Positions 11,194 through 19,987 of a DNA stretch of 64,000 nt are shown here, one piece after another. The position numbers and the translations under genes are program-made. This DNA comes from Pseudomonadota bacterium (GTDB lineage: Bacteria; SAR324; NAC60-12). Position 1 is the first letter of the stretch. Every line of letters starts with the position of its first letter. Location of the stretch: assembly GCA_004213175.1 (NCBI GenBank), contig SHAT01000004.1, forward strand, positions 3,039-67,038. Direction: 5' to 3'. Under the pieces are notes generated by a model that saw only the letters and a list, made by a program, of their open reading frames with translations, did not search any database and had not been told where the DNA came from.

Positions 11194-11544
11194 TTAGAAA
11201 AGCTTCTTTTTTTTATGGACTTCCAGAAACAGTTCGAAAATACTTCGATATTTTTGTTCTAGTTCATCCTGTTCTTTAAATGATTGGTTTTTTACTAATT
11301 TTAATTTCGAATCATAGATTTGAAAGGTTGAAATATGACTCAAAACCCACGAGTCCTGTTTCAGGTCTATAAAAAACATTTTTTCTGACTCACTTTCGGA
11401 TTGACCTTCGAAGCTAAAACGCAGAACAATCCTATTGCACTGTTCTCCGCACCAGTAGTGAATCATTCCAAATTCCTGATGATCCAAATCACCCTCAACA
11501 GCACTGGGCCAGTTTTCTTTTATTTTTTGCTCAAGCTTATTCAT
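11194..11544 (-). CDS. hypothetical protein (116 aa)
   Basis: It is a clean ORF lying 8 nt downstream of the preceding membrane-protein gene. I recognise no motif. Confidence 0.5.
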   Translation of the reverse strand: MNKLEQKIKENWPSAVEGDLDHQEFGMIHYWCGEQCNRIVLRFSFEGQSESESEKMFFIDLKQDSWVLSHISTFQIYDSKLKLVKNQSFKEQDELEQKYRSIFELFLEVHKKKKLF

Positions 11545-11552
11545 ATTTTCGT

Positions 11553-12695
11553 TTATATTTTTGATGTAAAAAGTAATTGCAGAGCACTCTTTCGTGTTTG
11601 TAGATCAGAAAACCGATAAACCGCCCTATCCAGCCAATAATGTAAAAATCCAGTTGCCAGGCCGATTCCCACTAAGAAAGTGTACAACTCTGAGTTCTGC
11701 AGCCATTTCATCAAGGCAGGAAATACTTGTTCACTGTATAGGGCTCCAGCTGAAACCGCCTCGATTTCAAAGAAAGGTGTCATAGCAACAGAAAATGCAC
11801 AGAGGCAAATCAAAACTGGCCAGGGGTTCCAAAATTTTTTGTCTGAATATTTTTTCAGGAATACGTTTTTATGCTTTTCATCATGTTTTAAATCATTTCC
11901 TCCCATGTGAGTTGCCAGACCTAATGCTGCCAGCCAATGTTGTAAAGTCCAAAGCATTAAAAATTGAAACGGATCCAATTGAAATGCTGCAACAGCCATC
12001 AAACCTATTCCAAACAAATACAAAATTTTGGGGAGACTATAATTCTCAAGCCATGCATTACGAACCATGAAAAGTGTACTTCCGACAACAAGCAAGGTTC
12101 CAAAGCGCATTAACAATGGAATTCCTTCTATTCCCAAATCAGAAAGCAGATTCGGCAAAACATGTTTTTCCTGTAGAAAGGATGTCCCGTGCAAAAGCTC
12201 GGCAATTATTATAAGCACCCCTCCCACTCCCCAACAAAATATTCGGTCATTTTTTTTGGTGGAAGGAGTTGATTTTTCTTTCCGAAGGTATTGATAGAGC
12301 CGGAGAATTCCATAGTGCTGAGCTGCAAAATGATGTGCCCCCCAAGCAAAATCAATCATCAGTAAACCGAAAATTCTTTCACTAAATGTAAAGGCTAATA
12401 CAGACTCAGGGATGTAAAGCACAGCTAAAACTCCTAGGGTAATGAAAATCGGAAAAAATACAAACCGCTTCTTCATAGCTCTTCGAAGGGGTTTGTATGC
12501 CTGTGTTCCCCATGCTAAATAAAATGAACTGAAACGATGAGAAATCCAGAAAAGGAATACCCCGGTTGCATAAAACATTTCTTGCAGATGAGCAGAATCT
12601 AACATGAGAAAAAGAAACGTCAACCATATACCAGATAGCAGCCAAAATGAATCCCAACTTGAAGACCTAATCCAACCTTTTGTATAATCGTTCAT
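11553..12695 (-). CDS. polytopic inner-membrane protein of unknown function (380 aa)
   Basis: It has about 9-10 hydrophobic segments and His-rich motifs (AWGAHHFAAQHYG, LQHWL, LHYWLDR). I cannot assign a family. Confidence 0.6.
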   Translation of the reverse strand: MNDYTKGWIRSSSWDSFWLLSGIWLTFLFLMLDSAHLQEMFYATGVFLFWISHRFSSFYLAWGTQAYKPLRRAMKKRFVFFPIFITLGVLAVLYIPESVLAFTFSERIFGLLMIDFAWGAHHFAAQHYGILRLYQYLRKEKSTPSTKKNDRIFCWGVGGVLIIIAELLHGTSFLQEKHVLPNLLSDLGIEGIPLLMRFGTLLVVGSTLFMVRNAWLENYSLPKILYLFGIGLMAVAAFQLDPFQFLMLWTLQHWLAALGLATHMGGNDLKHDEKHKNVFLKKYSDKKFWNPWPVLICLCAFSVAMTPFFEIEAVSAGALYSEQVFPALMKWLQNSELYTFLVGIGLATGFLHYWLDRAVYRFSDLQTRKSALQLLFTSKI

Positions 12696-12853
12696 TAATT
12701 CTGTCTGAAGATCAAAGTTTTAAAAAATTGAAAAAATGATATTAGATTAACATAAAAATGCTAAGGAAATTTGTAGAAAAGCAAAAAACTTGCGAATATC
12801 TTAAATTTTACTCATGCTGTCCGTTCGTTTTTCACTTATACTATTTAATAATA

Positions 12854-13288
12854 ATGCTCCATTATTTTGCATACGGCTCTAATATGAGCGCCCGGCGTGT
12901 ACGTCACCGACTCGGATGGGCACCATCACGTATCTCTGCTACTCTACAGGATTACCTGCTTTCTTTCAACAAACAGTCCAGTGACGGAGGAAAAGCAAAC
13001 ATTCAAATTTCTCCAGGAGATGAGGTTGAAGGTATTTTATATTTTGTCAAAGAGAATGATCTTTTGACTTTGGATGGATATGAAGGTGTTGCCGAAAAGC
13101 AATACAAACGCCATGAGATCGAAGTAATGGACCTTTCCGGTCGTCCAATGGTGGCAATTGCATACATTGCATTAAATACAGGGCCCGAGTCACGCCCTAC
13201 CCTTGAGTATTTGAACTATTTACTGGAAGGAGAACATCTCCTTAGTATGGAATATGTCTGCAGACTTGAAGAAATTTCAACTATATAG
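12854..13288 (+). CDS. gamma-glutamylcyclotransferase-like (AIG2/GGCT fold) protein
   Basis: The YFAYGSNM motif sits at the N-terminus if the start is the ATG at 12854. The track ORF extends to 12758, but that extension is hydrophobic and Cys-rich and looks like junk. Confidence 0.75.
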   Translation: MLHYFAYGSNMSARRVRHRLGWAPSRISATLQDYLLSFNKQSSDGGKANIQISPGDEVEGILYFVKENDLLTLDGYEGVAEKQYKRHEIEVMDLSGRPMVAIAYIALNTGPESRPTLEYLNYLLEGEHLLSMEYVCRLEEISTI

Positions 13289-13306
13289 TTATATTTTTCA
13301 GAAATA

Positions 13307-14326
13307 ATGTCTTTAACATTCATCGATAATCTTAATTTCAATCAAGACGGGAAATACATTTCAGCAGTTAAGGTTCCTCATTCCACCAATGATTCTGGAT
13401 GGGGCTCACTATTGCTTCCTGTGATTGTCATCCGAAATGGTGATGGACCAACCATACTGTTTACAGGAGGGAACCATGGGGATGAATATGAAGGTCCAAT
13501 TGCGTTAAGAAAATTGGCGAATGAAATAAAAGTTGAAGACATTCAGGGACAAGTCATCATTGTGCCATATCTCAATTATCCAGCAGTGTTGGCGGGAACA
13601 CGACTTTCTCCTGTAGATGGTCAAAACATGAACCGGTCTTTCCCAGGTAATCCTGATGGTTCCATGACTCAGAAAATTGCTGATTTTGTCTATAGAGAAC
13701 TGGTAATGCGAAGTGATGTAGTACTAGATTTTCATTCTGGAGGAAACTCAATGATTTTTGAACCATGCACAGTTTTGCATAAGCTGGAAGACTTCAATCA
13801 GATGAAAAAAACTGTGCTTGCCGTAAATAAATTTGGTGCACCTTTAAGTCTTTTGCTAAATGAGTTGGATAGTAAAGGAATGCTTGATACTGCTGTCGAA
13901 AAAAATGGGAAAATTTTTATTTCTACAGAACTTGGCGGAGGTGGTTCTGTAAGTCCTCGTACACTCAAAATTGCGGAAGATGGAATACGTAATCTACTTC
14001 GACATTTCAAAATACTACCTCCAAACGAAGAACTTGTTCCAAAAACCAAATTCATGCATACCCCTGATATTGGGGGCTATTTGATGGCTCCACAAGAAGG
14101 TCTTTATGAAACTTTGATTGAATTGGGAGAACCTGTCACAAAAGGGCAAGTCATAGGTCGAATCCACAGTATCTCGCAGATAGAAGTTCCGACAGTCGAA
14201 GTTCAAGCACAAATTGATGGTGTACTAGTTACCAGAGCGGGACGTGCTCCTGTCAAAATTGGGGATACGATTGCTGTGATAGCAACTGATATTGACGTTT
14301 CTAAATTTTTCGACACCAAATCTTAG
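13307..14326 (+). CDS. succinylglutamate desuccinylase/aspartoacylase (AstE/AspA, M14-like) family deacylase, DoeB-like
   Basis: 339 aa. It has the zinc-ligand context GGNHGDEYEGP and DFHSGG. Confidence 0.8.
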   Translation: MSLTFIDNLNFNQDGKYISAVKVPHSTNDSGWGSLLLPVIVIRNGDGPTILFTGGNHGDEYEGPIALRKLANEIKVEDIQGQVIIVPYLNYPAVLAGTRLSPVDGQNMNRSFPGNPDGSMTQKIADFVYRELVMRSDVVLDFHSGGNSMIFEPCTVLHKLEDFNQMKKTVLAVNKFGAPLSLLLNELDSKGMLDTAVEKNGKIFISTELGGGGSVSPRTLKIAEDGIRNLLRHFKILPPNEELVPKTKFMHTPDIGGYLMAPQEGLYETLIELGEPVTKGQVIGRIHSISQIEVPTVEVQAQIDGVLVTRAGRAPVKIGDTIAVIATDIDVSKFFDTKS

Positions 14327-14757
14327 TTATTGAAGCGACTAGGATGGGTTGTCTGCTCAAATTCACATCGTTCATCCCAATCATTGCGTGATGCACATGG
14401 TGTCGGAACTGGTCGGTAATTGCAATAATAATCCTTCCCTATTGTTAGCCCTGCAGGTATTGGAACTCTGTAAGTGCGCTCATCCGCAAATGTCGCCCAG
14501 AATCCCCAGTGAGTAATCCTTAATCTTTTGAGTTTAACTCGGCGTGAAGGAGAAATATACTGGTAATATGGATCAGTAAAAACCAAGGCACAGAGTTCAA
14601 GAACTCTTTGCTGTTGACTTGTAGGATAATTATATTTAGTACTGCTTTTAGAACTGCTGCAAGCAGAAAGTATAATTGACAATAATAAGCAAAATAATTT
14701 AAAAATTGATCGAAATTCTAAATACATTTTGAATGTTGATATTCCAGAAATCTCCAT
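14323..14757 (-). CDS. putative lipoprotein (hypothetical)
   Basis: It has a signal peptide with lipobox LSAC (LLLSIILSAC-SSSKSS). Its stop codon overlaps the stop codon of the convergent gene upstream. Confidence 0.55.
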   Translation of the reverse strand: MEISGISTFKMYLEFRSIFKLFCLLLSIILSACSSSKSSTKYNYPTSQQQRVLELCALVFTDPYYQYISPSRRVKLKRLRITHWGFWATFADERTYRVPIPAGLTIGKDYYCNYRPVPTPCASRNDWDERCEFEQTTHPSRFNN

Positions 14758-15304
14758 CTATCTTCTATTCTTATATTCGTTTGAGAGGAATTTCTAATAA
14801 TAAGTTTTAAAAAAATTTATAATATTCCCAGAAATGTAAAGCAGTTATTTTATTCGAAAGATCATAAACAATGGAAGGAGATATGTGAAATTGAGATGAA
14901 CTTTAAAAAACTCCCTATATTTTTTTAGATTATTCTCTTTTATTAAAAGAGTTCATCATTAATTCTTTTACAATAATCATTTTTCATGAAATATTTTCAT
15001 TTTAATTTAGCAGGCTATTTTTCTTCAATAATGAAGTTTCAGCAAAAATCAAAATTTATAAAACAAAATATTTTTAATCCTTTCCTTGGAGTCTACTTGG
15101 CAAGAATTCAATTAAAAACGATCAACCTTATCAAAATGCCATAGAAGACCAATAAATTATTTCAGCTATGACAAATATTAATAAAATTGTAACCGCAAGA
15201 CGAGAGTGTTTATCCATGATGTCTCCTAAAATATATTAAGAAAAAAATTTATTTACAAAAGACTTTCTAACAGACATATCGCTAAATCACGATCAAGGAG
15301 TATT

Positions 15305-16255
15305 TCAGACCATCTGTGCATAACTTACCAGATTCTCCACCGATTCATTTCCGCCGCACATTAACAAAACCAGATGGTCATCGGGACCAAACCTATCTTT
15401 GATAGTCAGTGCTGCAGCCAAAGTGCATGATGCAGCCAATTCAGGTAACACCTTCGCCCGTTCAATGACAAAACGTTGCGCATCAATTGCCTGCTTATCA
15501 CTTACAATGATCAATTCTTCAACGTGTTCCTGAACAATAGTCAGCGCATCTTGACCTACAAATGGTGGGCAGAGTGTCTTAGCTAATGAGTTTGGCTGGA
15601 TATTGACGACTTGACCAGCATCAATAGCTGTTTTCATTGCTTTAGCCCCTTCAGTTTCTACACCCCACACTCGAATTTTTTGATTCAAGCCCTTAATAGC
15701 AACTGTGTTCCCACCAATCAGTCCGCCGCCGCCAATGCTGATTACGAGATCAGTAATTTCTGGAAGATCTTCAAAAATTTCGAGCGCGACAGTACCAGCC
15801 CCGGCCATCTGATGCGGATTGTCATATGGATGTAAAGCCACGCGGCCTTGATCAGACAACTCATTGTATCGGGCAATTGCAGTCTGAATATCTGGTGAAA
15901 AGTCAATGGTTGCAGAGTAACCTCGGGTCGCTTCGATATAATTATGTGGAGTATCTTCTGCCATACAAACAATCGCATCTACACCCAAAACGCGACTGGC
16001 ATAAGCAGCTCCCTGTGCGAAATTTCCACCACTGATGGCTACCACACCTTTAACTAATTCATCCTTGCTTCTTGCCAGCATCTGGTTAAAGGCTCCACGA
16101 AGCTTGAACGAACCAGTTTTCTGGAACATTTCCATCTTCAGATAAACATTCGTTCCCAACCTTGTACTCAAGGTCTCACTTTTCCATAAGGGCGTCCGTC
16201 TCACATACGAGATAATTTTTCCTGCAGCTGCTTCAACATCATTTAGTGTTATCAT
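15305..16255 (-). CDS. threonine/serine dehydratase-family PLP enzyme (no regulatory ACT domain)
   Basis: 316 aa. It has the PLP lysine motif FQKTGSFKLRGAFN and a GGGGLIGG glycine loop. Confidence 0.85.
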   Translation of the reverse strand: MITLNDVEAAAGKIISYVRRTPLWKSETLSTRLGTNVYLKMEMFQKTGSFKLRGAFNQMLARSKDELVKGVVAISGGNFAQGAAYASRVLGVDAIVCMAEDTPHNYIEATRGYSATIDFSPDIQTAIARYNELSDQGRVALHPYDNPHQMAGAGTVALEIFEDLPEITDLVISIGGGGLIGGNTVAIKGLNQKIRVWGVETEGAKAMKTAIDAGQVVNIQPNSLAKTLCPPFVGQDALTIVQEHVEELIIVSDKQAIDAQRFVIERAKVLPELAASCTLAAALTIKDRFGPDDHLVLLMCGGNESVENLVSYAQMV

Positions 16256-16337
16256 TATTGTTACTTATTCCGACAAATAAGGTCTTAATACTAATCTGGA
16301 ATGGAAAACATTGTCCCAAGATCTGATTTAAGATAAA

Positions 16338-16718
16338 TTAATTTAGCATCGAACGTGACCAGAAACTAAGTACTGCTAGTGTTCCTGTGGCAATCATTGG
16401 CGGTATATTCAACGGGATACCACGAAATACTGTCATTGATATAATGACAGCACACATCACAACTAAACCGATAGCAACACCCAAAAGAATTGCCTTTTGG
16501 TCATCCACTTTCTCAACGTTTCTGGATTGAAATGCAATACACACAGTAATAAATAGCAAAACAGACATAACGTACCGAGAAGTTATTCCTATTTCTAAAG
16601 CTAACCCTTCGGCACTAGGGTAGGACTTTAAAACAAAAAACTCTGGAATAGCAGCAAAAGCAAGCAAAAAAATTAGAGGCACTGTTGCAGCTATAGACAT
16701 CATTATTTTATATGGCAT
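16338..16718 (-). CDS. small 4-TM membrane protein, unknown function
   Basis: 126 aa with four hydrophobic helices. Confidence 0.5.
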   Translation of the reverse strand: MPYKIMMSIAATVPLIFLLAFAAIPEFFVLKSYPSAEGLALEIGITSRYVMSVLLFITVCIAFQSRNVEKVDDQKAILLGVAIGLVVMCAVIISMTVFRGIPLNIPPMIATGTLAVLSFWSRSMLN

Positions 16719-16761
16719 ATAAACTCCTTAATAATTGTTGAGATTGTCGATTCAAGCGCTT

Positions 16762-16779
16762 TGTCTGCATTTATCTGCA
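16762..16779. repeat. two TGTCTGCA/TATCTGCA octamers spaced 10 bp apart, next to tRNA-like element copy A
   Basis: tTGTCTGCAttTATCTGCAt. The same octamer family occurs four times beside copy B. Confidence 0.5.
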
Positions 16780-16803
16780 TCGATTGCGGGTCTAACTGAT
16801 ATT

Positions 16804-16965
16804 TGGTGCGAGAAGGGGGACTCGGACTCGATTATCCGTTCTCACAATCCCTGCAATTGCAAGCCTGGGAAGCACGACTCCCAATTTGTCCACAAATTAA
16901 CCATACAACTTCTTGGATATGGCTGCTCCAGTCTCAAGAGTTTACTCTCCAGAATGATGCGAATA
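16804..16965 (-). ncRNA. tRNA-Leu(CAG)-like structured element, copy A (degraded T-arm); family unknown
   Basis: The minus strand ends ...GAGTCCGAGTCCCCCTTCTCGCACCA. It shares long blocks with 22926..23097, including a 29-nt identical run, identical hairpins CCATATCCAA-GAAG-TTGTATGG and GCAAT-TGCAGGG-ATTGT, and one compensatory pair change in the GGGA...TCCC hairpin. Confidence 0.45.
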
Positions 16966-17047
16966 TAACTATTTAAAGTCAAGAAATAAATATTTTAAGT
17001 CCCCAAAATCTCCTGTGAGCAACTCCCACCAATTCCTCACAGTAAGA

Positions 17048-18253
17048 CTATTCTAGTAAAAGACCATATGGAACCGGCCTATCAAACTGGGCTTCAAATG
17101 AGAAGTGCTTTTCACCTGACTGTACTAACGCACCTCCCCCACTTAAAAATCCTTGTACTGAACCACCTCCATCAAAATTCATAGCTGTTTGCGCCTCCAA
17201 TGAAACCATCAGTTGTGCTAATTCTAGTAATGTCATTCCACCGGTTTTAGATTCGATCCCTTTCTGAAATCTCGTCGAATCACCTTCCACAAGAACCATA
17301 ACAAGTTTTTTATCCTTGGTTATTCCAATAGCTAACCGAGCTGCACGGGTGATGTCTATATCAATCGGGAATCGCGATGGTGGAAGGCGAAATCCATTTT
17401 CTAATAAGAATTGCTCCTCCAATAGTTCTTGCTTCAAATCTACGATTTCTCCGTTTTCCACAAGTAAAGGGCCACATTGTATTGCATGTTTGCTATCCAT
17501 TAAACCTTCAATCTCAAAATTTACTTTTTGACCAGTACTATTCTGACAAAGTGCATTCCTATCATTCCCAACAAGCCGAACCAAAATGCCAGTTCTTGGA
17601 ACCCATACTTCCCCCATTGTTTTGTCTTCGACAATAGTGTCCCCAGAAATAGCTAGAAGTCGCTCATGCTTAGCTACCTTAAGAGTTGAATCTAAAGTGT
17701 CGTTACCAAAGCATAAAAGGGTAGATCGCATATCTTCTGATTTACCATTCCGCCCCAAAGCTAAGCCACCTGGAAGTCTTAATGTCAAATCTGAAATTGA
17801 TGGCTTAAGTATGGCTGGTCCTGTGGGTGTCAGACATAAAGCAGGACGAGGATATAGTGGTGGAATTAGAATAGTGTAATCAATCAACATCAAACCTATG
17901 TGATGACCAAGACGATCTAATGGTGTGGCTAGCTCCTCCTGTAAAATGAGGAAAAAACCTGAATTTGTTACGACGGATTTTTTTGTTTGTGACCAAGAAA
18001 AAACCCTTGGAAATCCAAGATGTTGATGGGGAACCTCTATAGATTTTTTTAAATCAGCTGGTTTGGAAGTGGGTGAATAAATGGGGATATAGTCCGTACC
18101 GAATATTTCATTAATAATGGTGGGTTTCAATATGCCAAAATAGCACGATTCTTCAAGATTTAATGGAACAGGCTTAAAATGATTAAATTGAATAATTACC
18201 GTATTTACATGGACATTTGCTTTTGTAGTAATGGAACCCTTCTTAATTTCCAT
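17048..18253 (-). CDS. phosphodiester glycosidase (NAGPA/DUF2233-like) family protein
   Basis: The C-terminal NFDGGGS motif is typical of the family. The likely start, MEIKKG at 18253, is 2 nt after the permease stop. The longer track ORF overlaps the permease. Confidence 0.7.
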   Translation of the reverse strand: MEIKKGSITTKANVHVNTVIIQFNHFKPVPLNLEESCYFGILKPTIINEIFGTDYIPIYSPTSKPADLKKSIEVPHQHLGFPRVFSWSQTKKSVVTNSGFFLILQEELATPLDRLGHHIGLMLIDYTILIPPLYPRPALCLTPTGPAILKPSISDLTLRLPGGLALGRNGKSEDMRSTLLCFGNDTLDSTLKVAKHERLLAISGDTIVEDKTMGEVWVPRTGILVRLVGNDRNALCQNSTGQKVNFEIEGLMDSKHAIQCGPLLVENGEIVDLKQELLEEQFLLENGFRLPPSRFPIDIDITRAARLAIGITKDKKLVMVLVEGDSTRFQKGIESKTGGMTLLELAQLMVSLEAQTAMNFDGGGSVQGFLSGGGALVQSGEKHFSFEAQFDRPVPYGLLLE

Positions 18254-18255
18254 TT

Positions 18256-19092
18256 TCAGCCTTTTATTCCCGAATGTACAAAACCCTGAACAACATGTTT
18301 TTGTGCAGCCATATAAACCAGCAATAGTGGTAGTGTAGAAATAAAAGATCCTGTTAGGAGCAAAGTCCACTCTGCTTCAAATTCACTAACAAAGTTCATC
18401 AGTGCCTGAGGTAAAGTTTTCCAATCATCATTTGTTATGTAAAGGACGGGTCGTAACAACTCATCCCAATTGTGTATGAATGCTACAACGAAGAGACTGG
18501 CGAGTGCTGGGCGTGCCGCAGGAAGAAAGATATAATAGAAAATGTGAACTGTACGAGCCCCATCTATAAAGGCTGCTTCCTCGAGTTCTCGGGGGACGCT
18601 CTTAAAATACTCTGTCATCATTAGAGTCCCAAATGCACCTACCATTATAGATGGAATTATCAATGGTAACAAAGTATCAAGCCACCCAAAAAACCGCATC
18701 ATGAAAAATTCTGGGATAATAGTCACCTCTGTTGGTACGAACATTGTCGCTATTAGTATTCCATAAATTATTTTTTTACCTGGAAATCTTATTCTGGCAA
18801 ATGCAAAACCAGCAAGTGAGCAGGTAAACAATTGGCCTAAAGCTGATAGTATGGCAACTATGCAGGAATTGATGAAATAGCGTAAGAAATTCCTTTCTTG
18901 AAAGACAAGTTCAAAATTTAGGAATGGATGATCCGTAAGTAACAATGAAGGCATCAATGTTGGGGGAAGTTTGAAAGTATCGCCTACTGGTTTGAAAGAA
19001 GTGATTAGCATCCACAGAAATGGGAATATCGTTAGAGTTCCATATAGTAATAGACCAGTGATCATCAATAATTTGAAGTGGCGGTTAGACAT
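18256..19092 (-). CDS. carbohydrate ABC transporter permease (MalG/UgpE-like)
   Basis: 278 aa, 6 TM, with an EAA loop (ELEEAAFIDGAR). Confidence 0.9.
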   Translation of the reverse strand: MSNRHFKLLMITGLLLYGTLTIFPFLWMLITSFKPVGDTFKLPPTLMPSLLLTDHPFLNFELVFQERNFLRYFINSCIVAILSALGQLFTCSLAGFAFARIRFPGKKIIYGILIATMFVPTEVTIIPEFFMMRFFGWLDTLLPLIIPSIMVGAFGTLMMTEYFKSVPRELEEAAFIDGARTVHIFYYIFLPAARPALASLFVVAFIHNWDELLRPVLYITNDDWKTLPQALMNFVSEFEAEWTLLLTGSFISTLPLLLVYMAAQKHVVQGFVHSGIKG

Positions 19093-19984
19093 ACGACCAT
19101 TTCCCGCGAAGTTGGTGATGCACTAATGTTAAGCCTCCAACAACGATGCATAAAACATAAGCAAGTGCTGCAGCATAACCCATGTCAAAATGAATGAATG
19201 CGTTTTGGTATATGTAAAACGATAATGTCGTTGATGATTGATTTGGGCCTCCCCCCGTCAGAGCATAAGTTATTTCAAACGTCTGAGTTGAGCGAACCAT
19301 AGCAATAAGTATCACAAAAAATGAGGTGGGTGCAAGTAAGGGTAAAGTAACATGGCGAAATACTTCCCAGCGATTGGCTCCATCAACACGTGCCGAGTCA
19401 ACAAGTTGTTGGTCAACAGTCTGCAAGCCAGCAAGAAACAGGATCATGTAGAACCCTGAGTCTCTCCAAACCGCAACAAAGACAACAGTGTAAAGTGACC
19501 ATGTAGGATCCCCCAGCCATGCAGGAGGATTGTTTAACCCAAATTCCAATAACAGGTTGTTCAGCAATCCGAATCGAGTTGAAAAAATCCAACGCCAAGT
19601 TAAAGTTATTGCAACAGTGGATGTAATATAAGGTAGAAAATAAAGAGCCCGCATCCCAGCAGCCCCACGGAACCCAGAGTTCAGTGCCAGTGCTAGTGCT
19701 AAGCCAATGAAGAAGATGCCTGGAACATATATCACTGCAAACAAAAGAGTGTTCAGGAGTATCAGACGTCCTTCTTTCGAGGAGAATATTTCGAAATAGT
19801 TTTCAAGTCCAACCCATTCTCCCCCACCAAAAACATTCCAATCTGTGAAGGAAATAAAGAAGGATGCTATAATTGGATATAACCTGAATAAGACCAAACC
19901 AATCAGGGCCGGCAGGATGAGATAGAAACCAACCCGCCGGTATTCCCTTTCAAGCATTGACAATGAAGCAGGAGCCAGCTTCAA
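19085..19984 (-). CDS. carbohydrate ABC transporter permease (MalF/UgpA-like)
   Basis: 299 aa with an EAA-type loop (LVDSARVDGANRWEVFRHVTLP). It overlaps the next permease by 8 nt. Confidence 0.9.
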   Translation of the reverse strand: MKLAPASLSMLEREYRRVGFYLILPALIGLVLFRLYPIIASFFISFTDWNVFGGGEWVGLENYFEIFSSKEGRLILLNTLLFAVIYVPGIFFIGLALALALNSGFRGAAGMRALYFLPYITSTVAITLTWRWIFSTRFGLLNNLLLEFGLNNPPAWLGDPTWSLYTVVFVAVWRDSGFYMILFLAGLQTVDQQLVDSARVDGANRWEVFRHVTLPLLAPTSFFVILIAMVRSTQTFEITYALTGGGPNQSSTTLSFYIYQNAFIHFDMGYAAALAYVLCIVVGGLTLVHHQLRGKWSYV

Positions 19985-19987
19985 AAT

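Noticed and set aside
11553-12695. I considered the His-rich polytopic membrane protein as the missing retinal-forming Blh/Brp dioxygenase for the proteorhodopsin.
   Set aside because: It lacks the N-terminal GxPHGAxD-type motif and the His spacing I remember for Blh, is larger, and lies 12 kb away in a different context.
16735-16968. Track ORFs overlie the tRNA-like elements (16735..16968 +, 22810..23130 +, 22845..23084 -).
   Set aside because: The two DNA copies differ by indels that are not multiples of three, and the predicted peptides are unrelated outside short stretches. Conservation tracks hairpins, not codons.
17048-18370. The 440-aa version of the phosphodiester-glycosidase-like ORF has a Cys/Thr-rich N-terminal extension.
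   Set aside because: The extension overlaps the upstream permease gene by 115 nt in another frame. The internal ATG at 18253 sits 2 nt after the permease stop.
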